Source of the DNA: Caecitellus pseudoparvulus
Taxonomy: Eukaryota > Protista > Bigyra: Bicosoecida
Direction: 5' to 3'
DNA: 44,493 nt
Assembly: GCA_965644315.1 (NCBI GenBank)
Contig: CBFFRQ010000161.1
Span: 1-44,493 of the forward strand
Below are positions 22,667 through 35,072 of the stretch, piece by piece. Numbering within the stretch: the first letter of the stretch is position 1; the number at the start of each line of letters is the position of its first letter. The translations under genes and the position numbers were made by a program. The notes beneath the pieces were generated by a model. That model saw nothing but the letters and a program-made list of their open reading frames with translations. It was not told the origin of the DNA and ran no database searches.

Positions 22667-24545
22667 ATGGCAAGCACCAAGGCAGCTATGGCTGGCAGCG
22701 ACCCGGCTGTGGCTCCCACCTTGACTCCAATTACAGTGCCTGGCGGTGATGATGACACGCCGTCGGCGTCACCCACTGCTCGAGTTGAAGTGGGGGGCCG
22801 GGTGAAGCAAGCCTACAGCGCCATTCAGTCCTGTACAGGTGGTGTGGGTGGCGATGGCTCGCAAGGCCCCATCTATGGCGAGATGACCATCGGCAGCATG
22901 CAGCGAGTGCTGGATTGCTTCGTGGCGGACGCAGGCTTTGGGCCAGAGTCTGTGTTCATGGACGTGGGCTCAGGGCTGGGAAAGCCAAACATCCACGCAG
23001 CATGCATGCCGAGTGGGTGCCGTTTCAGCATCGGTGTGGAGTGCGAGCCGACGCGGTACAACTTGTCCATGGTGCGCCTGCTTGCTGCGGAAATCGGCTT
23101 GCAGTGGGCGCTTGCTGCACCAGCCCTGCGCCTCCGCCGCTTGCAGGTGAATTTGCAGCGATTGGTGGAGCAGGATACCATGATTCGGGAGCGGTGCAAC
23201 CTGTTCTTCATCCTGGCCAACATTCTGCGCATGCGCAGCTTGACGCCTGTGACACACCTCTTCTCGTTCGACGTGGGCATGCCTCACCGCATCCTGCGCC
23301 ACCTGGCGCGCCTCTTCCACGCCTCACCAACCTGTCAGTACATCATGGTATTTCGGTGCGTGCTGTGGAGCTGCCTGCCACAATCGCCCGCCCAGCAACC
23401 CTTCCGCCTCCACTACTTCTCACAGGCAGCCGGCTGCGATGGCCTCCTTCGGATTCCGAGTGCGCCTGGTCCGCTCCATCTCCGTGTCCATGTCTGGGTC
23501 TGGGGAGCGCCACACGGGCATGGTGTACGAGCGGGTGGACACCCCTCCGCCCCTGCCGCCTGGACTCCTCACGTCTGCCCCATGCCTGCCCACGGCGGCC
23601 TGCACGGCTGCCAGCACCCGTGCTCTGTACGGCAAGCGAGCCACACGGCGAAGCGAGGCGGCCTTGCAGGCTGCCACGACCACGTCCGGGTCAGTGGCAG
23701 GGTCGGGGCAGTCGTGCTCAGGCTCACTTGCACCCAGTGACTCCGCGACCCCCCTCCCTGCGTCGGCCATGGACCCCGCCATGGAGGCGGCACTGGCGGT
23801 GCTGTGGCATGGCAGTGTGGATCAGGTGCTGGTGGCTGCGCTGGATGCGGTGGGCAAGTGGACTAGTGAGCGGAGCACCACGCCCCCCTCGGCCCTGGCG
23901 GCTGAAGGGGGCGTGGAGGTCGCCCCGGCCCCCCTCACGGCCACCCACCCAGCATTCACGGCACGCCCAAGCAGCAGCCCTGCCCCTGGCAAACCTTCCG
24001 ACTGTGGTGCCATGCCTGGGCGAGCCAGTGGTGAGGTGTCCACAGGCTTGGCTCCGTTTGCCACGGCAGCTGCAGTTGACGCCACGAAAGTGGCTGCTGC
24101 CTCACAAGCAGCATCTATTGTCAACCCAAGCCAGGAAAGAAAACACCCCTCTGCCTGTGCCGCAGTGGTGCCCTCAGCACCCGCCCAGGCCCCCAGTCCT
24201 GTGTCCGGTGGCCTGGGCCCTGGCAGCAAGGTCCGGGCGAGGTGGCAGGGGCCTGAGAAGGGCTATCGGGGTAAGTGGTACGTGGGGCATGTGCAGAGTG
24301 TGAATGCGGATGGGACATACCGAGTGCAGTATGTCTCCGATGGCTCTGTGAACCTGCACGTGCCGCCTGATGCCATCCAACCCCACCCAGGGCCAGGCAG
24401 GGCGAAGCGCCAGGTGAAGCGCCGCTCAGCACCGCCTGCCAAGAAACCCCGCCCGGCGTGCCAGGAAGACTTGGACGCCGCATTGGCCCGTGCCCTGCAG
24501 CGGGCTTCCTTTGGGACGCGCTCCACGCGCAGTGCGGCGCAGTGA
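22667..24545 (+). CDS. DOT1-family histone H3K79 methyltransferase-like protein with C-terminal Tudor-like domain
   Basis: YGEMT, FMDVGSGLGKP and SIGVE motifs. Introns 23072-23146 and 23356-23425 join ORFs 22667 and 23439 in frame. GSKVRARW...WYVGHVQSVNADGTYRVQY is Tudor-like. Confidence 0.82.
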
Positions 24546-24588
24546 AGCTGGTTGAGGTACATTGCACTCTCGCGGAGAGGGGGCCGCG

Positions 24589-26891
24589 CTACAACCCGGC
24601 GCCCGTGCCGACGTCTGCCTTGTGCTCGCTGTGGGCACCCTCCGCGGCCGCTGCAGCCTCCCCCTCGCCTTCTTCCTCCTCCGTCATGCCCGCCTTGGGC
24701 ACGTACCCGCCCGCGATCATGTCCACGGCACCCATGGGCGGCATGGTCCACATGAAGATGGCGCCCTCCTCGCCCACACTGACGATGCAGGTCTGGTCGG
24801 GGGAGATGCGCAGACGGGCCACTGCGCCGCTGTGCCCTGCCCCTGTGTGCGTGTGGATGCCCTCGTCGTACACCCACACCTTGACCAGCTTGTCCCGGCC
24901 GCCAGTGGCCACCACCACGCCATCCGGCTCAATGTCCGCAGTGGTGATTTCTGCCGTGCTGCCGTCGATGACGCGGATGGCGGAGCAGTCCGACGCGTCC
25001 CAGTACGACAGCTTGCGGTCAGAGCCCACCGTCAGCAGCTGGCTCTCGTCGGGGTGGTACAGCACGCTGCGGAACATAGTGCTGGCGAAGAGCGCGTTGG
25101 CGCGCACGCCCCGCACCAGGTTCCACACAATGCATGAGCCGTCCTCGGCGCTCGTCACGGCCTCTGTGTCGTCCCGCGTCAGGGCGATGTGCGTCACGGC
25201 CTTCTTGTGCTCCTTGAAGCTCACCTCCATCACCTGCGTGCGCCCGGACACGTTCCACACCCGCACTCGCCCATCCCGCCCACCAGACACGATGCGTGCG
25301 CCGTTGGACGTCAGCGCCAGCGCCGTCACGGCGTCCGCGTGGGCGTCGGGGATGACGTACTGCAGCTTGCCGCTCTCCGGCGCAAAGGCCCGGATCTTGC
25401 CGTCGTCCCACCCCGACACGATGCTCTTGCCGTCGCGCGCCAGGGCGAGGCAGAGGCAGGTCAGGTTGGGCACCTGGATGCGCAGCAGCTCCATGCGCGT
25501 CTCGGCGTTCCACAGCCGGATGTCGCGCTTGGAAGCAGTGAGGAACAGCGCGCTGGACTCGGCGGGGAAGACGACGTCAGTGATGGGGTCAGCGTGGGCT
25601 GTGCCGCGCAGCTCGGGCGTCTCGAACGCCTCCACGTCCACCAGGTACCTGTTGCCGTCGTTGGTGCCTGCCAGGAACTGGCTGCGGTCGGGGCTCAGGG
25701 TGATGGAGGTAACGCCGCCCAGCAGCTGCACCGCCTTGGACACGGACAGCTTGGCGGTGGAGAGGCGGACGAGGGAGCCGTCGCCGTTGCCCGCCACGAC
25801 AAAGTCATGGGGGGACCCCGCGCCGCCCGGCACGAACGCCACGGACAGGACGCCCAGGGAGAAGCGGTGGGTGGAGGCGCGCACGAAGCGGCCGTTGAGC
25901 ACGTCGATCTCCAGGATGTCCCCCGAGCGGGTGCCGCACCAGGCCGTGCAGTCGTCGTCTGAGAGGGCCAGGCAGTTGATGCTGCGCTTGATGACGCCGA
26001 CGGCGACGTCGGTGGGGTACAACCGGCGCCGCGTGAGGTCCAGGTCCCACCGCCGGATGTGGTAGTGCCCTGATGTCAGCAGTTGGTCGGAGGAGTTGTT
26101 GAAGAAGGTGACCGTGGCAGCGGCATGCGTGGCAGCAGGGGAGCCACACACGGGGCTGCCGCTGGCTGTGTCCCAAATCACCAAGTTGTTGTCGTCCGCT
26201 CCGCCCAGCGACGCCAGCAGCGCGCCGTCGTGGGAGAAGGCCAAGTCCTGAATGCGCCCTTTGTGCAGGGACAGCTCGTGCAGCAGCTCGCCTTCGGTCA
26301 CGCTGGTGTTTCCATTGGCGATGGCCGCTGCGACGTCCCAAAGCATGATGGAGGCCTGCGCGGGGCGTGGGCGGCGGGTGCAGCTGCGTGGGTGTTGCCG
26401 GCCAGCGAGCTGTCATCGCGCAATGGGGAGCGCACATGCGGCGGCAAACCGGGCCACACGCCCGCGTACAGGCACTCTGAGGCACTGCAAAGACTAAGGA
26501 AGTGTGCGAACACTGCGTCTCTGACTCACTTTGTACCCCATGCTGGTTTCTTGCCCACTAGCCAGCAAGGTGCCATCGGGAGACAGTGCCAAGGTGGACA
26601 CAGAGTCGGTGTGGCCTTGCAGGAAAGCCTGCGTGTTCTTGACGGTGTCCTTGATGACAACTGTGGATCCCAGTGGAAAGATCACATGGACTCCATCTGG
26701 GTGCGCGACCAGGCCGTTTGGCACCCTTCCTGCGCAGAGACAGGGCAACGGCAGGCAAGTGCGGAATTCGGCTCAGGACAGCAGCTCGCCCCGTGCTGCT
26801 TCGCCGCACCATTGAAGCCAATGACAGCCTCCAGGGTAAGGGGTTCTGGTTGGACTTCAGCTGCAGCTGCAGCTGCGCTTTCTGAGGCCAT
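24589..26891 (-). CDS. CFAP52: Cilia- and flagella-associated protein 52 (WD40 repeat)
   Basis: LEAVIGFNG-RVPNGLVAHPDG..IFPLGSTVV..FLQGH..LASGQETSMGYK-ASIMLWD, LTVGSDRKLSYWD, ELLRIQVPNLTC. Introns 26809-26730 and 26529-26356. Confidence 0.93.
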
Positions 26892-27817
26892 GTTGCTTCG
26901 TCTGCCGCGGCACGGGGCCTTCGTGAAATCGACCCGCTCACACCAGCACGAGAAGCAGTGGCACCAGCAGGAGCTGCACAAAAGTCAGAGCACTGCAGCG
27001 TCAACGATGAAAATTCACGCCGAGTGTTGTATTTTTGCTGGTTTTGAGTACAGCAGACCTCTGTACCTGTCGGCCTGAGCGCTACACCTGGCAACACGCG
27101 GGTGGACTGCAGGGTTGGACGAAGAAGGCTGCAGCACGCCAAATTGAGAAGGAAGCCAACGATGCACAGCAATCCCGGCGATGCGCGCTTGATGCCCAAG
27201 TGTTCGGGGACTGTTCCCTGGGCTCCTTTGCGCTGGCAAGCCGGTATGCCCTCGCTGTGACCTTTGCGCGGCTTGCGTTGCGTTCAAAATCCGCGCCCTG
27301 CCGACGCCAGTGGCTGACCCACCGGCGCGTCCATCATGCTCGACGAGTAGCACCCAAGGTGGTCGCACGAGGTATCTTTGCCTCTCCAGGCCCTTGCACT
27401 GGGTCTATGCTGCGCCTTCCGCGCCAGCTCCACACGCCTCCATCCAAGGTTCCTTCAAGGGGTGTTGCCACCCCCCTCCGAGGAAAGCTCTCCAGGCGCA
27501 CGCCGGCAGTGTTCACACTCCCAACATACCTCGCACCCTGTGAGTCGCTCGCTGCTGTCCAGCTTCTGCCGCCGCGCACAAGCCTCCAGGCTCCTTCACT
27601 GAGTTTGCTTCGCTGCCAGAGGCTGCCGGTAGGTCCGTGCGTGCACACGTGTAGCACGCAGGCCTGCAGCGCGCGCGCGCGCCCTGCCCAGCCGCTTTTC
27701 GGGGTGCACTTTTCTGCGCCCGCGTTTTCAGGTAGATCCTGGCCCTTCTTTACAACCTGGCAAAGCAGGCAGCGGCATCACGCTGCCTTCATCGTACACC
27801 ACACTTGCTTTCATACA

Positions 27818-30800
27818 ATGCGAGCTGCTGAGGCCGCCCTGATCCTGGCCCTGGCGTGTGTGGCCACCACTCAAGCGGTACGAAACGCAATGGCTGAATT
27901 GGCCCCGGACATGCCCTGCCAAGTGCATGCTCTAGGTACTTCCTTTCCCCCTGCTGGGGATGTGCACCTCCTCGCACGCGCAAAAACTAGCCCTGCGTTC
28001 GCTTGACCCTCCCGCGCTCGCGCCGCCCTTGCACAGCGCCCCGGCCCAGAGAATTACGCGTCGTATGCATTGCAGTTCGCGACCGCTCCTGACGTCGACA
28101 TGCCTGCGGCCTTGTTTGCCCGCCGCGGGCACTTGCGCCGGAACAAGTGCAAGGATGTTGACGTCCTCACACCCGCCGTGCTGTTGGAGGCCCACGGCTA
28201 CACGATCCCCACTGGCGCCAAGGACATCAATGGCGGGACATACATCCCCACCCTCCCTGTGCCAGGGCCCATTGCACTGCCTGTTCCCACCACTTCTGTG
28301 GACTGCTCCATGACAGTCACAGGTCTCAACACCGCGGCGACGAACGGGCAGAACGGATACTTGGTGTCCACTCCCTACTCGGGCATGAGCACCTGGACGA
28401 CAGACATGTCCTCTCTGTGCAGGCACCAGTGCACGGTGGACTACCTCGAGGGAGTCCGAACCAGCCTGGTGGCGAACAGGGGGTCGAACGGCGCTGGCTT
28501 GGACCAGGACGAAGCCTGTTCCTTGATGGTACACGCCGAAGCAGCAGGGTTCATCTCGGCTGCCTGCGGGGAGCACGAGGCAGTGTGCCCTGTTCACGTC
28601 TCCCAAGGACTTGAGGCTGCCGCTGGGCAGTCCCTGCCCCTGCTGGAGTGCATCGTGCCCATTGTCCGCATGGCGCTGGATGGCTACCGCACTGCCATGA
28701 CAGCCGACGAACGTAGCAACATCTGCACCGCAGGATGCGCATTGCACCCAGACATTGAAGGAAAGCTACACAAGATTCCTGAGTCCTTCCGAGGTCTCCC
28801 AGCTTGCTTCCGTGAGGTGGAGTTCCTGCGCAGCATCGTCATGGACTGCCGCGCCACAGCGGCGACCTGCACGGGCCTGTACAGCACGGGCAATACGTTG
28901 GTTAACTTTCTGCAGGACTTCCTCATGCACCCCGATGACTTGGCGCACACTCCCACAGCGCAGTCTCAGGCCAGCGCCATTCAGCAGTTCAACGGAGGCG
29001 CTGCGTGCACGCCGACTTGCATCCAAGCCACACAAACTGATTTGCGGGCATTCCAAGCAGGTGGCGACCCATCTGCCCCCCTTGTCACCCAGACGATTGA
29101 CTTTCTCTGCTCGAAGACCATTTCCGGCACCGCCCAGTGTAAAGATCTTCCGGGGTACTTTTTGGAGGCGTTCGGCGTGATGATGACTTCTGTGTCCCTG
29201 GGGGATGCCTCTGGAAGCACAGGTGGAGGAGGCCGGCCTGCCCCGGTCACAGACTGCCACAATGCGCTGGACATCACAAACGTGTTTGTGTACTTGCTGC
29301 ATCAGGTTGCAGCGGCGGCACAGGCAAGCGGCACTTCCAGCCAGCAGCAGTGCACGCAGGATGCGCTCTTCTTCCACAACCGCACCAACGCCGAGTTCGG
29401 GGACCGCGGGCAGACGAGAGGTCCCCTCTTTTGCAGCGATGGGTGCTACACGGACGTTTTCCCACTCTTCGAAGCTGAGATCGATGCAGATGCTGGGATT
29501 GTGGGGGGATGCCGAGACCAAGTCATGCTGCGTTGGGAACGCCTCGTGCAGCGCGTCTGCATTCTGTACACCAACCGCCGCCGTGCCCTGAGCACCGCGC
29601 CCCATCCATGGATTGGCACAACTGCAAACTCCATGTTCGTGACCAATGCTGTCTTGTCTGATAGCGCGATCTGCACTCACTGCGCCATCAAGCAGGCCGC
29701 CTTCGCATCTGCCATGCTCGAGCAGCTCCCCCTCCGAGCGCTGCGCCAGCGCTTGGGGTACGCTAGCCACGCACGTGCTTTCGTGGGAATGTTAAACTCG
29801 ACTGCTCAGTCGCTAGCGGTGTGGGAGGAGTCGGTGTCCCTCGTCGAAGCTGCGAACATGGCTGGCCGAGTTCGCGCACTCGTGGGTGACGCCTGTGCCG
29901 CCAAGCCGGCTGGGGGTTCCTGTGTCGCGCCAGTCACCGCGAACAGTCGCACTGAGGCAGTGTTAAACGTTGACACCGCCACAGCATTGGCTGCTGTGCC
30001 TTCAGTCCCCACCCATGATTGGCTGACGAAGCAGTCAGCAGATACACAAGCTGCTCTGCCTTCCCTGGCCATCGCACTCGCGTGCAGCACGGTGCTGACA
30101 GCTGCAGCGGGCGAGGCCTCCCTACCAAGCACTTGCCCAGCAGCGTGCAGCCAAGCACTCGCACAGTACACTGCCACAGACTGCTGCAGCATGGCACAGG
30201 TCCGGGTAGAGCTGCACGCGGCCCTGTCTGTGGCCAAGACTGCGGCGGCCTTGCCCAACCTGCAGTCCACCCTGCTCGCTGCCCTGTCAGCGCCATTTGT
30301 AAACGAGCCTTCAAACGCCACTCTTCATGCCGTTGCTTCCGCGCTGGGATCTCTCAGCGTCGCAGCAGCTGTGGATGCTCTGGATAACGGGGGCTGCTTC
30401 CCGGCACATGCATCCGCGCAGCCCATCTCTACCGTGTGCCTTGGGAACGGGAAGAAGGTCACCATGAAGCTGCAAATCACAAACCTACACGAAACATACA
30501 TGAGCAATCTTCCCGACTCGGTCAACGCAATCGTCGCCGGGTTCTTCACTGACCTTCACGCCATTACCGGACTCCCCAGCAGTGCATTTGAGAGGACCAC
30601 GACCCCCGCCCCACCCAGTGTTTCCTTCGACTACACTGTCCAAGGCAGCAGTAACAGTGCCACAGACTCAGCGGTGCACACCATTCAGCGAGCGCTGGCC
30701 ATCGCTGACACCCCCGCATTTTCCCAAGCGCACAGTGCGTTTGCGGTCATGAAGGCCATGTTTGATGGGTGGGGTGTGTCCCCTTTCGCAGATCCAGGGC

Positions 30801-32071
30801 AAGGGTACACACTCCTAGACAAGACAATTCTCATTGCACCATCCCCAGCTGTAACTCCACAACCAACAAGCACTCCATCTGCCACAGCCACAGCAAGTGC
30901 CACCCCAATCGGAGGTGGCCAGGGCGGCAGCCAAGGGGGCGGCCAGGGTGGTGGCCAGGGCGGAGGACAGCATGCAGGTGCAAGTGCCACGCCGTCTACC
31001 TCAGCCTCAGTCTCATCCACAGCCACAGCAAGCGCCTCTGCAAGCACCTCTCCTAGCGCCACAGCCTCAGCCTCAGCCACAGCCAGCGCCACGCCTATCG
31101 GTGGCGGCCAAGGTGGCGGCCAGGGTGGTGGTGAAGGTGGCGGACAGTCTGGCGGACAGACTGGCGGCCAGGGTGGTGGTCAAGATGGTGGCCAGCAAGC
31201 AATGGTCAGTGCAACCCCGTCCAACTCAGCCAGCACTACTGCCACACCCAGCGCCACTGCCACACCGTCTGCCTCAGCCAGCACCTCAGCCAGCGCCACA
31301 GCTAGCACCACGCCCAGCGCCTCAGCCACAGCCAGTGCCTCAGCCACTTCTCCCATGGGTGGCGGCCAGAGTGGCGGTCAGAGTGGTGGCCAGGGTGGTG
31401 GCCAGGGTGGCGGGCAGGGTGGCGGGCAGCAGGCCGCTGCGAGTGCCACACCATCTGCGTCAGCCAGCTCCTCAGCCAGCGCCACAGCTAGCACCACGCC
31501 CAGCGCCTCAGCCACAGCCAGTGCCTCAGCTACTTCTCCCATGGGTGGCGGCCAGAGTGGCGGTCAGAGTGGCGGTCAGAGTGGTGGCCAGGGTGGTGGC
31601 CAGGGTGGCGGGCAGCAGGCCGCTGCGAGTGCCACACCATCTGCGTCAGCCAGCTCCTCAGCCAGCGCCACACGCCCGAAGCTGGCAGCGAGTCCTACGC
31701 GAACACCTATCCCTGTCCTCCCTCTGCCCTCTGTTGCTGCGCTCACAAACACAAGCAGCCTGGCAAATGCGACCGATACAGGCGGGCGGGGTCCGGAGGA
31801 GGAGCTGTTGTCTGGAGGTGGGGCAAACAGCGCGGTGGAGGTGTCTGAAGCAGAGCGAAACAACTCGGCCGCTGCAGGGGGTGCGCTAGTAGGGTTCATC
31901 ATCCTGGCTGTCGCATGCGTGGCGGCGTTTAAGTACTACCGGCAGCGCAAGGCTGGGCACGGCGACTCAGCGGGGTCTTACGCGCCGAGCGAAGCGCCTG
32001 CCACAGTCACCCAAGTCGGAAGCGGAGATGAAATCAACATGGACGCCAACCCTATGCGAGAAACAGTGTGA
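27818..32071 (+). CDS. Large type I membrane protein: signal peptide, Cys-rich ectodomain, Ser/Thr/Ala and GGGQ repeat stalk, TM helix, short tail
   Basis: Signal exon MRAAEAALILALACVATTQA (27818-27877); intron to 28036 or 28075, both in frame; TM GGALVGFIILAVACVAAF followed by KYYRQRK. Confidence 0.82.
30860..31672 (+). repeat. Coding tandem repeats: four modules of S/A/T tract plus (GGGQ)n; the last ones have a 186-bp period
   Basis: CTCAGCCAGCGCCACA recurs at 31285, 31471 and 31657; GGTGGCCAG units. Confidence 0.9.
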
Positions 32072-32131
32072 TGGGGTGTGTTGCATTTCCGTGCCACACC
32101 TCTTGTGCAATGCATGTGAAGTGCACCGCTC

Positions 32132-33251
32132 TCAGGCCAGCTCTGGCCAGGTGGTGGTGGAACCACCACCGCCGCCAGTGGAGTCCCACGTGATCTTGAT
32201 GGTGCTCTCATCCACGACTTGCGCGCGGCAGTCGCAGTGGTCATCAACGAAGGCAGTGGTCCACTTGGGGGACACCTTCTCCCCGTCGAACTTCATGGTG
32301 ATGTCGAAGAACGTCACCTCGTTGTTGGGAGGGTACTGGTCGCACGCCCACTGGCTCTTCTCCATCACCTGCGCCAAGGAAGAGTGCATGCGGCGTGACA
32401 AGGGCCAATGTGCGCGAGGCAGGAGTGTGGGCCGCATGGCATGCGGGCACGCACGATGAAGGCGTGGTCAAAGGTCTTGGGCTTGCCATCGGGTCCGTTC
32501 TGGATCTTGATGTCAAAGGTGACGCTTTGGGTGGTGTTCAAGTCGGAGTGGTACACGTGGTACGTGTTGGTGCTCTCGTCCAGGGTGACGGATCCGTACA
32601 GCACGTCGCCGGCGCTGACGCTGATGGCCTTGGAGTTCTGGTTGTAGGTGGGGCTCCACTGGAAGTACTCTGCGCGCACCGGGCAAAGGGGGTGCCACAC
32701 TTCCACCTGGTAGGTGGCGCATGCACGGAATGCACACACCGTTGTACGCCTGCCACTCGTAGCCTGCGGTGGGTTGGAAGAGAGGGGGCGCGATGAAGAC
32801 TGGGCGGGTGGGCGGAGGGGCTGTGTGTGCACGGACCTGTCCAGGGGTTGACAGGCTGGATGAGGTTCAGGTTGTCGGCAGACTCAATGCCAAACCAGGG
32901 GCTGAAAAAGGCGCCGCCACGGACAGGGTCGTCGGGCACCACCCATGAGGCCTCCATGAAAGTGAGCTTCCTGCGGGTGTGCGAGGTGGGGTGGGGCTGC
33001 AGGAGGGTGGGGGGTTGCTACGACACGGTGCTGCACGCACCCGCCCTTGTTGGGGGCGTACCCTGTGGCGTATGCCATCCAGCCTGCCAGTTGAGGGGGT
33101 GGACGAGGTGTGTTGCGGTGGCAGGGGGCTATGATGGGCGTCTGAGCAGGAGCGCGTGCAGGTGCAGTGCACTTGGGCACGCACCTTGGGCAGGGTCTTG
33201 CGCAGAGGCCATGGCCGCTGTGGCCGCCAGTACAGCAAGGACAGTCAACAT
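32132..33251 (-). CDS. Secreted protein, glutamic peptidase G1 (eqolisin)-like; multi-exon
   Basis: Signal peptide MLTVLAVLAATAAMASA. Spliced product contains WFGIESADNLNLIQP, YEWQAYNEYFQW, VSAGDVLYGSV and FIVMEK, resembling G1 motifs. Small exons at 33083-33041 and 32763-32740. Confidence 0.6.
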
Positions 33252-33680
33252 GGTGTAAACTGAGAGTGGGGTGAGGAGGATGGGGTTGAAGGGAGCGTTT
33301 GTGCTGAGCGCGGAGTGAGGGAGCCTGCCCCGCGTGCACGCCTGCCACGCCAGGGCCTGCTGGGGACTCACAGCTGGTATGCGCAGGGAAGATGCAGCCC
33401 CGAAGAAAGAGGGCTCCAACGTTCAAGTGGGTGTGTAAGGGTGTGTTTAGGATGGTTTTGTCCGTGCCCGAGTGTCGCGCGGCGAGTTCGGGTTGAGGCC
33501 TTGGCGTGCTCCATTTCACTGTGATGGTCAGAAACCCAGCCTCCGAAAACTACCTGCTGCATCAAGCCAACTGCCCAGTGTCCCCATGCTAGGACCTGTG
33601 CTGTGACCCAAAGGCATCTGCTGGGCCGCGTAGGCTTGGGACTACTCAGCCTTTGCAAAGGACGACGGTGACTTGCCACG

Positions 33681-35063
33681 ATGCAGTGCGCGACAAAAAA
33701 CGCAAGCAAGCTGCAGCGATGCCAAGACAAGCCATGGCAAGATATCCCCACTGCTGAGGGAGCAGGGTTTAACTTGAGGCTGGTGCTGCAAGACGCTCTC
33801 TCCAGCAAGTCGCCTACACGCAGGCTGCGGAACTTGCGTCAAGCCATCTTGAACGCGCCACCAGAAGGCAAGCGTACGCGGCAGCCCTTGGGAGCGACCG
33901 GCGCCGAATCAACCACAGCTAACAGCAAGAAGGGTAAAACATCATCATTTTCCACACCGCAAGATTCAGGTGGCGCTTTGGGTGCGGGAGTCTCGGGTGC
34001 ACAAGAACTGCAAGCACAAGTAGCCACTGGCCTGGCCAAGCTCAGATCGCGCGTGGTTTCGAGAGGACCAGTCAAAGCTCAACCCGGGCACGCCTTCGAA
34101 GACGCACCTGCCCAGCAAGTGGTGGATTCTTTTGACTTTCCCGAACCACCTCCCTGTCCTTCTCATCCGGGTGCGGGGGCCGCAGAGCTACAGGGCGAAG
34201 CGAGACCAGCCTCAGCCGTACAAGCCACACGTGCAGCAAAGCACAGCCTCACACCCCCCTCTGCGGCTGACGTCATGCTGTGTCCTCAGTCCTTTTGGCG
34301 TTCCAAGCAGGGAGGGGCACTGCCTGTCCTGCATGCGGTCGCTCTTGCGGTGCTCGCGTGTGCCGCGCTGGAGCTGGGCATGTCACTCGCTCCCCGCTCG
34401 GCAGGAAGCCTCCCCTTCGCCGTGCCGCTGTTCAGCTTGTCGGTACCACAGGTCATGGCAAAGCAAGCCGTCCATGCTGCCCGTGCCCCGCCGGCGGTCC
34501 CAGTGCTGCAAGTCACTCAGCCAGGCTCGCTGGGTGTGCGTGTGCACGGACCGTTTCTTGACGGCACTGCCCAAGTTTTCCTGGACACGACACAGAGCCC
34601 CGCCCTGCACCCCACGCACACTCAACTTTGCCTAGTCGTGCAAGGGCTGCAAGGCTCGCCTCATGGCCGTGCAGCATATGCCTCGTCCTGCTCCTCACCG
34701 CAGGCTGCGCAGGCGCTGGTGCAGCAGCAACGCGGCATGCCAGGTGCCTGGCAGAGGCGCCACAGTACTTTTTCAGAGTACTTCGCCGCCGCACCCACCG
34801 AGCAACTGTGGCGCGACACAGTGCAGGTGGACTCGGAGTCAGGGTCGTCACTGGGGATGCAGCTGCACTGGCACATGCAAGGGCTGGCGCCAGGGCGGTA
34901 CGCCATCAAAGTCTTTGGCGTGTCCCTGCGTGGTCAAAAGGTGGTGGGAAGCACCCACATCAGCGTGCCTGGTCAGGGCCACGCAGCAGGCTTGGGCATC
35001 CAGCGTGCCTTGCAGACCACGCCGCTCTTCGATGACGGGCAGTGGGACCACTCTGAATTGTGA
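33681..35063 (+). CDS. Hypothetical protein, 460 aa, one central hydrophobic segment
   Basis: Long ATG-initiated ORF filling the gap up to the convergent TTLL gene; VLHAVALAVLACAALELGM is TM-like. Confidence 0.6.
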   Translation: MQCATKNASKLQRCQDKPWQDIPTAEGAGFNLRLVLQDALSSKSPTRRLRNLRQAILNAPPEGKRTRQPLGATGAESTTANSKKGKTSSFSTPQDSGGALGAGVSGAQELQAQVATGLAKLRSRVVSRGPVKAQPGHAFEDAPAQQVVDSFDFPEPPPCPSHPGAGAAELQGEARPASAVQATRAAKHSLTPPSAADVMLCPQSFWRSKQGGALPVLHAVALAVLACAALELGMSLAPRSAGSLPFAVPLFSLSVPQVMAKQAVHAARAPPAVPVLQVTQPGSLGVRVHGPFLDGTAQVFLDTTQSPALHPTHTQLCLVVQGLQGSPHGRAAYASSCSSPQAAQALVQQQRGMPGAWQRRHSTFSEYFAAAPTEQLWRDTVQVDSESGSSLGMQLHWHMQGLAPGRYAIKVFGVSLRGQKVVGSTHISVPGQGHAAGLGIQRALQTTPLFDDGQWDHSEL

Positions 35064-35072
35064 GTGTGGGTG

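Noticed and set aside
24458-26065. 535-aa plus-strand ORF and similar long overlapping ORFs (e.g. 22915-24303, 30897-31889, 42509-43333)
   Set aside because: Shadow ORFs of GC-rich genuine genes, with no recognisable motifs.
26900-27810. 323-aa ORF 27035-28006 as a gene
   Set aside because: Non-ATG start and random-looking composition. Only its end is the signal-peptide exon of the next gene; the rest is probably a divergent promoter region.
30860-31672. CRISPR-like or noncoding satellite array
   Set aside because: The repeats are in-frame coding units without unique spacers, in a eukaryotic context.
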